Source: an uncultured Methanosarcinales archaeon (GTDB lineage: Archaea; Nanobdellota; Nanobdellia; Woesearchaeales; UBA11576). Taken from it: a stretch of 64,000 bases of DNA. Under the pieces are notes generated by a model. It did not search any database, was not told the origin of the DNA, and was given only the letters and a program-made list of their open reading frames with translations. This document shows positions 1 to 9,627 of the stretch, in pieces (within the stretch, counting starts at the first letter, position 1; each line of letters begins with the position of its first letter). Position numbers and translations under genes: made by a program. The DNA is taken from positions 203,548 through 267,547 of the forward strand of contig CAZLYC010000001.1 in assembly GCA_964563755.1 (NCBI GenBank), given 5' to 3'.

Positions 1-1
1 G

Positions 2-997
2 AAAGAGCAGAAGAAAACGCTAGAAGAGTTCAAGAACGGGGAATTCAACTGCCTTGTCGCAACATCGGTCGCAGAGGAAGGGATAGACATACCATACGTA
101 GATCTTGTCGTGTTCTATGAGCCAGTACCTTCGGGAATAAGGACGATACAAAGAAGAGGAAGAACGGGAAGACAGGACAAAGGCAGAGTGATTGTGCTTG
201 TCACAAAAGGCACAAGAGATGAAGGGCACAAATGGAGCGCTCACCATAAGGAAAAGAGGATGTATCGCGAGCTTGACATGCTGAAAACCAAGTTCAACGG
301 TTTTACTAAGAAGCAGGAATCAAATCTTGATAGGTTCATAGCACCAAATACTGAGCTCAAAATCTATTCAGACCTTCGCGAGAAGGCATCTGGAGTGATA
401 AAAGAGTTCGTCGATATGGGGATAAAGCTGGAACTCAAGACACTTGACGTAGGAGACTACATCCTGTCAGACAACGTCTGCGTAGAATACAAGAAAGTCC
501 CTGATTTTGTCGACTCAATAATAGACGGAAGACTCTTAGAACAGATAAAGGCACTAAAGAATAGCTATCAGAGGCCACTTATCATCGTCGAAGGCGAGGA
601 AGACATATACTCTCAGAGAAATATACACCCGAACGCAATACGAGGCATGCTTTCTACGATACTAATCAGCTATGGAATACCTGTTGTCCATACAAAAAAT
701 CAAAAAGAGACAGCAGCACTGATGGCTGTTATCGCCAAACGCGAACAAGACCCTGAAAGCAAAGACTTCAACCCACATGGAAGCAGGAAACCGATGACAT
801 TAAAAGAACAGCAGGAATACATTGTCTCAGCACTGCCTGGCATAGGACCTACGCTCGCAAAACCTCTCCTCGAGGAATTCGGCTCGATAAAGAACATAGC
901 GAACGCGAGCAATGAACAGCTGAAAAAAGTAGAGAAGATAGGAGAAAAAAAGGCAGCAGAGATACAGAAAATACTTTCTGAAGAATACAAACGTTAA
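2..997 (+). CDS. hef: Hef-like helicase/nuclease, C-terminal part (5' end lies outside the window)
   Basis: The frame is open from nt 2. Helicase motifs V/VI are present (VATSVAEEGIDIP, QRRGRTGR). An ERCC4-type nuclease motif follows (GDYIL...VEYKKVPDF). The C-terminus is an (HhH)2 (LPGIGPTLAKPLLEEFGSIKNI). Confidence 0.75.
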   Translation, partial: KEQKKTLEEFKNGEFNCLVATSVAEEGIDIPYVDLVVFYEPVPSGIRTIQRRGRTGRQDKGRVIVLVTKGTRDEGHKWSAHHKEKRMYRELDMLKTKFNGFTKKQESNLDRFIAPNTELKIYSDLREKASGVIKEFVDMGIKLELKTLDVGDYILSDNVCVEYKKVPDFVDSIIDGRLLEQIKALKNSYQRPLIIVEGEEDIYSQRNIHPNAIRGMLSTILISYGIPVVHTKNQKETAALMAVIAKREQDPESKDFNPHGSRKPMTLKEQQEYIVSALPGIGPTLAKPLLEEFGSIKNIANASNEQLKKVEKIGEKKAAEIQKILSEEYKR

Positions 998-1377
998 AAC
1001 TTATTGAAATACTTGTAGATACACTCAATATTTGTCAGTTTCGAATTCCTGAACAGAAACTCCCTGAAATAATTATCGACTTCAACACCTTCCCTTGTCA
1101 GGTTGCGCTTGAGATTAGAATAAAGCTTCTTGCCTTCAGAATCGAGGTCTGTCAGGATTATGACCTGCTTCGATCTCTCTGCAACACTTTCCGCAACAGC
1201 AAAAATTGCCTTGTTAATGATCACTATCCTGTCCGCTTCTATTCCTAGCTTAACAAGTGCTGCCCTGTCCTTTATGCCCTCGACAATAATCAGCTTATCA
1301 GAACTCTTAAGCTTCTCTAGCCAGTCAAGAATCGAAGGACTTTCCATTTTTACAATACCTTTTAAGCGTAAGACCAA
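994..1377 (-). CDS. Small Toprim-domain protein
   Basis: 127 aa with the Toprim signature IIVEGIKD...ILTDLDSEG. Confidence 0.6.
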   Translation of the reverse strand: MVLRLKGIVKMESPSILDWLEKLKSSDKLIIVEGIKDRAALVKLGIEADRIVIINKAIFAVAESVAERSKQVIILTDLDSEGKKLYSNLKRNLTREGVEVDNYFREFLFRNSKLTNIECIYKYFNKF

Positions 1378-1407
1378 CAGGTTTTAATATGTTTCCCAAT
1401 TATTTTT

Positions 1408-3021
1408 ATGAGCATGGACCCGATAATGCTAAGCCGTGTATTGCAGCACTACAAAAGAACAGAAGTCCAGAATGAACTAGTCAAATCCGCGCAGAACAAG
1501 GAAGCAGTAGGAAGCTTCGGCGGAAAAGGATACGCAAAAAGACCAGATGTCCTAATCTATCCTAACGATGTCCTTGAGCAGGTGAAGAACGGAGTGACAA
1601 GCTTCCATGTCTCAGAAGAGCTTTGGCAGAATCCACATATGATAAGCGTCGACATGAAGAAGCACGAATACAACGAGATGCGTATAGGATGGGACCTGGT
1701 TCTCGACATTGATTGCCCGTATTGGGAATTTTCAAAGATAACAACCTGGCTTTTCTACCAGTCACTAAAAGAGCACGGAATAAAATCAGTCACCATAAAA
1801 TTCTCAGGGAACAAAGGATTCCATCTAGGCGTCCCATTCGAATCATTCCCTGAAAAGATTATGATGAACATCTCAGGAAAGATGCAAGAGATACCGACGA
1901 AAGACCTATTTCCTGACGGACCAAGAAGAATAGCTGCTTACCTCCTTGATTACATAGGCAGGAAGCATGTAGATTTAAAAGGCGACACTATAACATTCGG
2001 CGGGAAATTCAGCTACAGCATGAAAGAGCTTGAAGAAAAGACAGGGAAAAAAAATTCAGAACTCGTAGAGACATACTGCGAGAGCTGCGGCAAGTCATCA
2101 AAACAGGAAAACACAAAGAAAATCCAGTTCTCGTGCCCTCAATGTGAATCAACAATATCAGGAACAGACACTGAGCAGTACAAGACATGCCCTAAATGCG
2201 GCATAATAATGGAACGGGCAGTAATAGACACGGCAAAGAAATGCTGCAAGAACCCGAAGATAACAACCGTCTTCAACCCGCTATCCATCGTCGATGTCGA
2301 TACAGTGCTTATAGCCCCAAGACATCTCTACAGAGCGCCATATTCATACCACGAGAAATCAGGACTCGTCTCAATACCCATAGACCCTGAAAAAATACTC
2401 GAATTCGAAAAGCAGCAGGCAGAGGCGAGCAAGATTCAGGCAGGAAAATACCAATTCCTCGACAGAAGCAGAGTAGCGAGAGGAGAGGGCACAAAACTAC
2501 TCATCGAGGCATTTGATTTCTCTGCTAGAAAAGAGGAGAAGAAGACGAGAGACGAGCAGGTCGAGAAGATGAACAAGGGAGACAAACCATTCGAAGAGAT
2601 AAACTTCGCAGTGCCTGAAAAATTCTTCCCGCCATGCATACAGCTGATATCAAAAGGACTTACCGACGGAAAAAAAAGAGCTGTGTTCATAATGACAAAT
2701 TTCCTCGCAAGCTGCGGATGGAATTACGAACAGATAGAAGACTGGCTCAAGAAATGGAACCAGAGGAACCCAGAGCCGCTCCGCGACCAATATTTCCTCG
2801 GACAGGTAAGATACGCGAAGCAGACGAAGAAAAAAGTACTTCCGCCGAACTGCGACAACACAGCATACTACAAATCATTCGGCATCTGCAAGCCAGACAA
2901 CTTCTGCAAATACATATCCAACCCAGCAAACTACGCGATAAAGAGGGCGAGGTACGCGCAGAGGGATGAAGAGAAGGGTAGCAAGAGAAAGAAGAAAGAG
3001 GAAACACCAAAAAAGGAGTAG
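1408..3021 (+). CDS. DNA primase, PriS catalytic domain fused to a PriL-CTD-like Cys-rich C-terminal domain
   Basis: The N-terminal half carries primase small-subunit motifs (WDLVLDIDC, SGNKGFHLGVP) and a Zn-ribbon insert (CESCG...CPQC...CPKCG). The C-terminal about 130 aa contain 4 Cys (FPPC, LASCGW, PPNCD, GICKPDNFC), consistent with a PriL-type Fe-S domain. A KE-rich tail ends the protein. Confidence 0.6.
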   Translation: MSMDPIMLSRVLQHYKRTEVQNELVKSAQNKEAVGSFGGKGYAKRPDVLIYPNDVLEQVKNGVTSFHVSEELWQNPHMISVDMKKHEYNEMRIGWDLVLDIDCPYWEFSKITTWLFYQSLKEHGIKSVTIKFSGNKGFHLGVPFESFPEKIMMNISGKMQEIPTKDLFPDGPRRIAAYLLDYIGRKHVDLKGDTITFGGKFSYSMKELEEKTGKKNSELVETYCESCGKSSKQENTKKIQFSCPQCESTISGTDTEQYKTCPKCGIIMERAVIDTAKKCCKNPKITTVFNPLSIVDVDTVLIAPRHLYRAPYSYHEKSGLVSIPIDPEKILEFEKQQAEASKIQAGKYQFLDRSRVARGEGTKLLIEAFDFSARKEEKKTRDEQVEKMNKGDKPFEEINFAVPEKFFPPCIQLISKGLTDGKKRAVFIMTNFLASCGWNYEQIEDWLKKWNQRNPEPLRDQYFLGQVRYAKQTKKKVLPPNCDNTAYYKSFGICKPDNFCKYISNPANYAIKRARYAQRDEEKGSKRKKKEETPKKE

Positions 3022-3241
3022 CTGGTCCTATGCCAAACATGCTATATCTTAGATGCACTACTTATATGCACTATATTATATACGTAGCAATCACGAAATA
3101 TAATCAACAACAGACAACCTAAATCTTTATAAACAAATGAAAGTTCGGTATGATAGTTCGGAATAAGCGTTTAAACGGTAAAAATGATGTTTAAATGCGT
3201 TGCAGGAATGAACGAGCCTGAAAAGACGACTATTTCAGTAC

Positions 3242-3261
3242 GAGTTTATTCGAATAAACTC
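3242..3261. repeat. Perfect 20-bp palindrome GAGTTTATTCGAATAAACTC, about 140 bp upstream of the r-protein operon
   Basis: Read directly from the sequence. Its position between the primase stop and the rpl3 start suggests an operator or terminator hairpin. Confidence 0.5.
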
Positions 3262-3398
3262 TAATTCTTGAAAAGACGTCATCAATAGGTTCCTAATAAA
3301 AATAAAGGCATAAAACGCCTTATTTAGACCTATTTAAGAATAACGGCTCTTCTTTCAAGCGTAAAAATCACGCAAAAACAGGAATAGACAGGTAAAAA

Positions 3399-4388
3399 AT
3401 GCCAAAGGCACACAAACCAAGAAGCGGAAGTATGCAGGTATGGCCTAGGTCAAGGGCTAAAAGGATATACCCTAGAATCTCTCATTTTCCTACATCCAAA
3501 GAAGTCAAGCTGACAGGCTTTGCAGGCTACAAAGTCGGCATGACACACACTATTGTTTCTGATCTTAAAAAGACATCACCTACACACGGCGAAGACATAT
3601 TCGTCCCGGTGACAGTCATCGAATGTCCGCCAGTAAGGATTGCCGGAGCAAGACTCTACAAGCAACAGTACAAATGCATACAGCCATTCATGGATGTTCT
3701 AGCAAAAGCAGACAAGGAGCTCTCAAGGAAAATAGACTCGCCGAAAAAAGAGTCAAAGAAGCTCGATACAGTCAAGCTTGAAGATTTCGACGAACTCAGG
3801 ATACTTCTCGAGACACAGCCAAAGATGACCGATATAGGCAAGAAGAAACCAGAGCTGTTCGAGGTCAACCTCGGCGGAAGCAAAGAGGACAAGCTGAATT
3901 ACGCAAAACAGAACCTAGGAAAAGAAATCACAGTCAAAGACATATTCAAGGAAGGACAGCTCGTCGACATCCACGCGATATCCAAAGGAAAAGGCCTGCA
4001 GGGACCGGTCAAGAGATTCGGAATAAGGGTCAGGCACCATAAGTCCGAGAAGACAAAGAGAGGACCGGGATGTATCGCAGGAGGATGGAGCGCACAAGGA
4101 CACACAATGTACCGAGTGCCGCACGCAGGACAGATGGGATTCCACTCAAGAGTCGACTACAACAAGAAGATAATGATGATAGGAGACGATGCGTCAAAAA
4201 TCAATGTCAAAGGCGGATTCGTAAGATACGGAGATGTCAAGAACACATATATTCTCGTCAAAGGAAGTGTCATAGGACCATCAAAGAGAATGATACGTTT
4301 TGAGTCAGCGATAAGACCCAAACCTACATCAGACATGACTCCTCCAGCAATACAATACATAAGCCAGGAATCGAAACAGGGCAAGTAA
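3399..4388 (+). CDS. rpl3: 50S ribosomal protein uL3
   Basis: Archaeal L3 N-terminus MPKAHKPRSGS...KVGMTH. First gene of the conserved operon. Confidence 0.95.
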   Translation: MPKAHKPRSGSMQVWPRSRAKRIYPRISHFPTSKEVKLTGFAGYKVGMTHTIVSDLKKTSPTHGEDIFVPVTVIECPPVRIAGARLYKQQYKCIQPFMDVLAKADKELSRKIDSPKKESKKLDTVKLEDFDELRILLETQPKMTDIGKKKPELFEVNLGGSKEDKLNYAKQNLGKEITVKDIFKEGQLVDIHAISKGKGLQGPVKRFGIRVRHHKSEKTKRGPGCIAGGWSAQGHTMYRVPHAGQMGFHSRVDYNKKIMMIGDDASKINVKGGFVRYGDVKNTYILVKGSVIGPSKRMIRFESAIRPKPTSDMTPPAIQYISQESKQGK

Positions 4389-4391
4389 AAA

Positions 4392-5222
4392 ATGAAACTC
4401 AAGATACTCGACACAAAAAATGCAGAGAAAGGCTCAAAGGAACTTCCGGAAATATTCAGCGAGCCAGTCAGGACAGACCTGATTAAGAGAGCAGTCGAGG
4501 CGCTGCAGGCGAACGCAAGGCAGCAGTACGGTACAGATCCGATAGCAGGAAGGAAATCAAGCGCAAAGCTATCACGAAGAAGACGCGATTACAAGACATC
4601 ATACGGCCATGGAATATCGAGAACTCCAAGAAAGATATTATCACGATCAGGAACAAGGTTCAACTGGGTAGGAGCATTCGCGCCAAACACCGTCGGCGGA
4701 AGGAAAGCACATCCACCCAAAGCCATGAAGATATGGGAGAAGAAGATAAACATCGGAGAGAACAGGAAAGCAATAAGGAGCGCTGTCGCAGCGACAATGT
4801 CGAAGGAACTCGTTCTTACCAGGGGACACAAGGCGCCTGCAGCATACCCATTCATGATATCAAACGACTTCGAGTCGATAAAGAAGACGAAGACTGTTGT
4901 GGAAGCCCTTGAGAAGCTGGGATTCGGGGAAGAACTAGAAAGGTCAGCGGAGAAGACAATAAGGGCAGGAAGAGCAAGACGAAGAGGAAGGAAATACAGG
5001 AGAAGGAAAGGCCCTCTATTCGTCGTCGCAAAAGAATGCTCATTGCTCGAAGCAGCAAGATGCATACCAGGTGTTGAGGTAGTCACAGTCAACCAGCTGA
5101 ATGCAGAACTGCTCGCACCAGGAACAGTCCCAGGAAGATTGACACTATTCACAGAATCAGCAGTAGAGAGGCTAGCGAAAGAGAAACTCTTCTACGACAA
5201 GCAGAACGTAAAGGCTAAATGA
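4392..5222 (+). CDS. rpl4: 50S ribosomal protein uL4
   Basis: Operon position and archaeal L4-like sequence. Confidence 0.9.
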   Translation: MKLKILDTKNAEKGSKELPEIFSEPVRTDLIKRAVEALQANARQQYGTDPIAGRKSSAKLSRRRRDYKTSYGHGISRTPRKILSRSGTRFNWVGAFAPNTVGGRKAHPPKAMKIWEKKINIGENRKAIRSAVAATMSKELVLTRGHKAPAAYPFMISNDFESIKKTKTVVEALEKLGFGEELERSAEKTIRAGRARRRGRKYRRRKGPLFVVAKECSLLEAARCIPGVEVVTVNQLNAELLAPGTVPGRLTLFTESAVERLAKEKLFYDKQNVKAK

Positions 5223-5485
5223 AAATGGAAACAGAAAGAGTCATCAAATACCCGCTATCGACGGAAAAAGCGATAAGGCTGATGGAATCCGAGAACAAGC
5301 TCATATTCACAGTAGATCTCAAGGCAAAAAAGAGCGAGATAAAGGATGCAATAGAAAAGACATTCAAAGTGAAAGTGACAAGGGTCAACACGCACGTTAC
5401 TCCGCAGGGAGAGAAGAGGGCATATGTCACGCTCTCATCCGAGACTCCAGCGCTCAATGTCGCAACTGACCTAGGACTTATGTAA
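5219..5485 (+). CDS. rpl23: 50S ribosomal protein uL23
   Basis: 88 aa, L23-like (KAIRLME...FTVD). Start overlaps the rpl4 stop. Confidence 0.9.
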   Translation: MKMETERVIKYPLSTEKAIRLMESENKLIFTVDLKAKKSEIKDAIEKTFKVKVTRVNTHVTPQGEKRAYVTLSSETPALNVATDLGLM

Positions 5486-5511
5486 ATATAATCTGAACTG
5501 ATGATCACACA

Positions 5512-6228
5512 ATGGGAAAAAACCTAATCCAGCAAGCAAGAGGAAAGGGAAGCCCCACATACAGGGCGCCAAGCTTCAGGTACAAGGGAGAGATAAGCCA
5601 CAACAGGCTCAGCTACGAAATACTTGAAGGAAATGTCACAGACCTCGTGCACTGCCAGGGACACTCAGCACCGCTAGCAGAAGTCAAGTTCGCCAACGGC
5701 GAGATATGCCTAGTACCTGCAGCAGAAGGAATAAAGGTTGGACAGAAAGTACAGAGCGGACCAAAGTCAGAAATGACACCAGGCAACACAGCTCCACTCT
5801 CTGACATCCCAGACGGAACAATGATATACAATATAGAAGGCATGCCAGGAGATGGAGGTAAATTCGTCAGGGCATCCGGCACATTCGCAAGAATCATAGG
5901 AAAGATGAGAGACACCGTCATAGTGCAGCTCCCATCAAAGAAGAGAAAAGAGTTCAACCCCAACTGCAGAGCATCAATAGGAACAGTAGCAGGAGGAGGA
6001 AGGACAGAGAAGCCAATACTCAAGGCAGGAAATGCCTTCTTCATGAATAAAGCAAAGAACAAGCTCTACCCGAAGATAGGCGGTTCATCGCAGAACGCAG
6101 TAGACCATCCATTCGGAAACAAGAGAACATCAAGAAAATCAAAATCAAGACCGGTCGGAAGGAACGCTCCACCAGGAAGAAAGGTAGGAATGATAGCTCC
6201 GAGAAGGACCGGAAGGAAGAAGAAGTAA
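5512..6228 (+). CDS. rpl2: 50S ribosomal protein uL2
   Basis: 238 aa with L2 motifs (GRNAPPGRKVGMIAPRRTGRKK). Confidence 0.95.
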   Translation: MGKNLIQQARGKGSPTYRAPSFRYKGEISHNRLSYEILEGNVTDLVHCQGHSAPLAEVKFANGEICLVPAAEGIKVGQKVQSGPKSEMTPGNTAPLSDIPDGTMIYNIEGMPGDGGKFVRASGTFARIIGKMRDTVIVQLPSKKRKEFNPNCRASIGTVAGGGRTEKPILKAGNAFFMNKAKNKLYPKIGGSSQNAVDHPFGNKRTSRKSKSRPVGRNAPPGRKVGMIAPRRTGRKKK

Positions 6229-6249
6229 ACAAACAAAAAAGGAACAAAA

Positions 6250-6633
6250 ATGGCCAGAAAAGAATTTTCATACCGCGGAAAATCACTCGAGCAGCTCCAG
6301 GCTATGGGAATAAAGGAGCTTGCGGAATTGCTTCCAGCAAGACCAAGAAGGAAAATCAAGAGAGGATTCACAGAACAGGAAAGCATACTACTAAGAAATA
6401 TCAGGACAAGCAAAAAACCGGTAGAGACACACTGCAGATCCATGATAATACTGCCAGAGATGGTCGGCAAGACAGTGAAAGTCCACAGCGGAAAGACATT
6501 CGACGACGTGATGATTGAGCCTGAAATGATTGGCCACTACATGGGAGAGTTCGTCATGACAAGAAAGAAGGTCACGCACTCAGCACCAGGAATCGGCGCC
6601 ACAAAATCATCAGCAAACATCTCAGTCAAGTAA
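6250..6633 (+). CDS. rps19: 30S ribosomal protein uS19
   Basis: GKTFDDVMIEPEMIGHYMGEF. Confidence 0.95.
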   Translation: MARKEFSYRGKSLEQLQAMGIKELAELLPARPRRKIKRGFTEQESILLRNIRTSKKPVETHCRSMIILPEMVGKTVKVHSGKTFDDVMIEPEMIGHYMGEFVMTRKKVTHSAPGIGATKSSANISVK

Positions 6634-6654
6634 AACCAAAAGACAAGAAACAAA

Positions 6655-7155
6655 ATGGCAAAACAACTATACGCATTCCAAGGCTTCAACAAGGAGCTGA
6701 TGGCAAGAGTTCTCGGAAGAGACCTGAGAATAAGCCTGAAGCAATCAGTTGAGGTGTGCAAATATCTCAGGCACAGGAAACTCGCCCAGTCAAAGAGACT
6801 ACTTCAGGAAGTACTTGACATGAAGAGAGCGATACCGTTCAGGACATTCACAAATGGGCTCGGCCACAGGAAAGGACACCTTGGACCAGGAAGATACCCT
6901 CAGAAAACAGCAGAGGCATTCCTGAAACTCCTTGAGTCAGTCGAGGCAAACGCGCAGACAAAAGGGCTCAACACAAGCGAACTCGAGATCATACACATAT
7001 GCGCGCACAAAGGCGCGAAGATGTTCCACCACGGCAGGCACTACGGAAGGCTCATGAAGAACACACACGTAGAGATTGTCGTCAAAGAAACACCAAAGAA
7101 AGAGGACAATAAGAAACAGAAGAAGACGGTCCAAAAGGCCGAGGTCAAAAAATGA
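6655..7155 (+). CDS. rpl22: 50S ribosomal protein uL22
   Basis: Operon order. L22-like with a KE-rich tail. Confidence 0.9.
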   Translation: MAKQLYAFQGFNKELMARVLGRDLRISLKQSVEVCKYLRHRKLAQSKRLLQEVLDMKRAIPFRTFTNGLGHRKGHLGPGRYPQKTAEAFLKLLESVEANAQTKGLNTSELEIIHICAHKGAKMFHHGRHYGRLMKNTHVEIVVKETPKKEDNKKQKKTVQKAEVKK

Positions 7156-8003
7156 TAGAAAGGCAAATCGTCGCATCAAGTGTTAAAGAGCTTGAGATAC
7201 AGGAATACGTCACACAGACACTCAAGAATCTCGGACAGAGCCACATAAAACTACAGAAGACCCCTCTTGGAGAGAAGATAATCATATTCGCATCAAGGCC
7301 AGGACTCATAGTCGGAAGGAAAGGCCAGAACATAAAGAAGCTCACTGAAGACCTCAAGGAAAAATTCAAGCTCGAGAACCCTCAGATAGAGATAAATGAA
7401 GTCGGAGTACCAGAACTTGATGCCCAGATAGTCGCAGAGAGAGTCGCGGGCTCGCTTGAGAAATTCGGAACACAGAGATTCAAGGGCATAGGCCACAAGA
7501 TAATGAGCGACGTGATGGGCGCAGGCGGACTCGGAATAGAAATCACAATCTCAGGAAAGATACCAAGCGCAAGAGCAAAAAGATGGAGATTCTACCAGGG
7601 ATACCTCAAGAAGAGCGGTGACGTCGCCATAGAAGGAGTCAAGAGAGCATACGCAGCAGCCCAGCTCAAGACAGGGACTGTCGGAATACAGGTAAGCATA
7701 ATGCCGCCCGACATAAAGCTGCCTGATAAGGTAATCATATTCCAAGAAAGCGAGACGACAGAACAGATAAAGTCCGACCTCGCAAAAGACGATAAGAAGG
7801 AAACGAAAGAACCTGCAAAAGAGCAGCAGAAGACAGAAGAGAAGAAAGATGAGAAAAAGAAGAAGCCAAGGAAGACAGTGAAAAAGAAAGATAAGACTGA
7901 CGCTACTTCCGCTCCAGAGCAGAAGAAAGAAGAGACTGCCACGGAGAAAAAGGCAGAAGAGCCTAAGACAGAAGAAAAAAAGCCTGAAGAGAAGGAAGAA
8001 TAA
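7152..8003 (+). CDS. rps3: 30S ribosomal protein uS3, with a long Lys/Glu-rich C-terminal tail
   Basis: KH domain (LIVGRKGQNIKKL). ATGA overlap with rpl22. The C-terminal about 90 aa are KE-rich low complexity. Confidence 0.95.
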   Translation: MIERQIVASSVKELEIQEYVTQTLKNLGQSHIKLQKTPLGEKIIIFASRPGLIVGRKGQNIKKLTEDLKEKFKLENPQIEINEVGVPELDAQIVAERVAGSLEKFGTQRFKGIGHKIMSDVMGAGGLGIEITISGKIPSARAKRWRFYQGYLKKSGDVAIEGVKRAYAAAQLKTGTVGIQVSIMPPDIKLPDKVIIFQESETTEQIKSDLAKDDKKETKEPAKEQQKTEEKKDEKKKKPRKTVKKKDKTDATSAPEQKKEETATEKKAEEPKTEEKKPEEKEE

Positions 8004-8008
8004 GAAAA

Positions 8009-8197
8009 ATGAAAGACCTAGACCTAACCAAGATGAGCAAGGACGAGCTAAAGGCAAAGATGCTCGAACTTAGGAAAGAACTCATCAAGCTTAATGCTCA
8101 AACTGCAACGGGAACTTCAGCGAAGAACCCAAAGCAGATAAGGATAGACAGAAAAAACATAGCAAGGCTACTCACAGCCTTGAAGGACAAGGAGTAA
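8009..8197 (+). CDS. rpl29: 50S ribosomal protein uL29
   Basis: 62 aa. Shows an L29-like KAKMLELRKEL pattern. Confidence 0.9.
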   Translation: MKDLDLTKMSKDELKAKMLELRKELIKLNAQTATGTSAKNPKQIRIDRKNIARLLTALKDKE

Positions 8198-8201
8198 ACA
8201 C

Positions 8202-8510
8202 ATGAGCGAAATCTGCTCTACGTGCGGACTACCAAAAGAGCTTTGCGTTTGCGAGACAATCGCAAAGGAGAACCAGCTGATAGAAGTTTCCATCGAAAGG
8301 AAGAAATTCGGAAAGTTTTATACTGTCGTCAGCGGCATAGACACCAAGGAAATCGACTTGGACCAGCTCGTGAAAAAACTCAAGAGCAAGCTCGCATGCG
8401 GCGGAACAGCCAAGGACGGAAAAATAGAGCTCCAGGGCCAGCATAAACACAGGGTCAGGGAAACTCTTTTGGAGATTGGTTTCGCACCCGAGACCATAGT
8501 CGTAAGATAA
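8202..8510 (+). CDS. Translation initiation factor aSUI1 (eIF1 homologue)
   Basis: SUI1 fold motifs (KFGKFYTVVSGID...LACGGTAKDG). This is its typical position in the archaeal operon. Confidence 0.9.
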   Translation: MSEICSTCGLPKELCVCETIAKENQLIEVSIERKKFGKFYTVVSGIDTKEIDLDQLVKKLKSKLACGGTAKDGKIELQGQHKHRVRETLLEIGFAPETIVVR

Positions 8511-8512
8511 TT

Positions 8513-8764
8513 ATGGCAAAACGCGAGAAACGCGAAAGAATCGCGCTCATCGGAGAAGAAATCAGGATAGCAGATGCAAAAAACAAGACGCTCACCGGAT
8601 TTACGGGAAACGTGGTCGGAGAGACAAGAAACACAATAACGATCAAAACCCAAACGGGCAACAAAACAATAATCAAGGAACAAGTCGAAATCGAGATCAA
8701 CGGAAAAAAAATACAAGGAAAAAATATCACAGGGCGCGTCGAAGAGCGCATCAAACAACAATAA
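8513..8764 (+). CDS. rnp1: RNase P protein component 1 (Rpp29/Rnp1)
   Basis: Rpp29 signature GxxGxVVGETRNTITIKT. Conserved position between SUI1 and rps17. Confidence 0.8.
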   Translation: MAKREKRERIALIGEEIRIADAKNKTLTGFTGNVVGETRNTITIKTQTGNKTIIKEQVEIEINGKKIQGKNITGRVEERIKQQ

Positions 8765-8775
8765 TGGTGAACTAA

Positions 8776-9210
8776 ATGACCAGGACAAAGGAAATCGGCA
8801 TGGGAACGAAATCACCTAGCCAGACATGCAATGACGCAAACTGCCCATTCCACGGAACGCTCAAGATAAGAGGAAAATCATTCACAGGGAAAGTGGTATC
8901 CAACAAGATGCAGAGATCCATAGTCGTAGAATGGTCAGGATGGAGACGCCTGCCCAAATACGAGAGATACCAGAAGACAAGGACAAAGATAACAGTACAC
9001 AATCCGCCATGCCTAAACGCCGTTGAGGGAGACCTCGTCAAGATAGGCGAATGCAGGCCTCTTAGCAAGACAAAGAACTTCGTCGTGCTGCAGGTCCTAG
9101 GAAAGGTTGAGAAATACACGCTCGAAAAAGAATCACTAGAGGAAGGAAAGAAGAGAATAAAGACCAAGGAGAAGAAAGAAGAAGCTCCTGAAACCAAAGA
9201 GGAAGAGTAA
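8776..9210 (+). CDS. rps17: 30S ribosomal protein uS17
   Basis: S17 OB-fold sequence, Cys pair and a KE-rich tail. Confidence 0.95.
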   Translation: MTRTKEIGMGTKSPSQTCNDANCPFHGTLKIRGKSFTGKVVSNKMQRSIVVEWSGWRRLPKYERYQKTRTKITVHNPPCLNAVEGDLVKIGECRPLSKTKNFVVLQVLGKVEKYTLEKESLEEGKKRIKTKEKKEEAPETKEEE

Positions 9211-9212
9211 AA

Positions 9213-9614
9213 ATGCAGTCAAGAAAAGCCAACGTCACAAGAGGATTGCTTGCAGGCTCATGGGTAGTCACCTGCGACAACTCAGGCGCAAAGATACTCA
9301 AGATAATATCATTCAAGAACAGGAAGACGACAAGACGAAGAGTACCATTCGGCGGAGTCGGTGACCTTGTCCTCGCGGCAGTCAAGAGAGGAAAGCCCGA
9401 GATGAGAAAACAGGTAGTGTTCGCAGTCATAGTCAGACAGAAGAAGGAATACAGAAGGTCAGACGGCATGAGGATAAAATTCGAGGACAATGCTGCCGTA
9501 GTACTAAAAGACGACAAAGGAAACCCGAAAGGAACAATACTCAAGGGCCCAATAGCAAAAGAGGCAGCAGGAAGATGGCCTGGAGTAGCAAAGATAGCTA
9601 GTGTCATAATATAA
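9213..9614 (+). CDS. rpl14: 50S ribosomal protein uL14
   Basis: VTCDNSGAKILKII motif. Confidence 0.95.
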   Translation: MQSRKANVTRGLLAGSWVVTCDNSGAKILKIISFKNRKTTRRRVPFGGVGDLVLAAVKRGKPEMRKQVVFAVIVRQKKEYRRSDGMRIKFEDNAAVVLKDDKGNPKGTILKGPIAKEAAGRWPGVAKIASVII

Positions 9615-9627
9615 TAAAGGTAAAAAA

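Noticed and set aside
3022-3398. Possible tRNA or other RNA gene in the 377-bp gap before rpl3
   Set aside because: No cloverleaf-compatible sequence, T-loop (GTTCRANYC) or acceptor pairing was seen. Only palindromes and hairpins were found.
4589-5152. Long antisense ORFs across the ribosomal operon (e.g. 4589..5152, 9062..9778, 9961..10635, 10673..11299, 14143..15228 at 361 aa)
   Set aside because: They lie opposite strongly supported r-protein genes and their products are low-complexity and Ser/Leu/Phe-rich. They are artefacts of K/E-rich sense coding and purine-rich codons.
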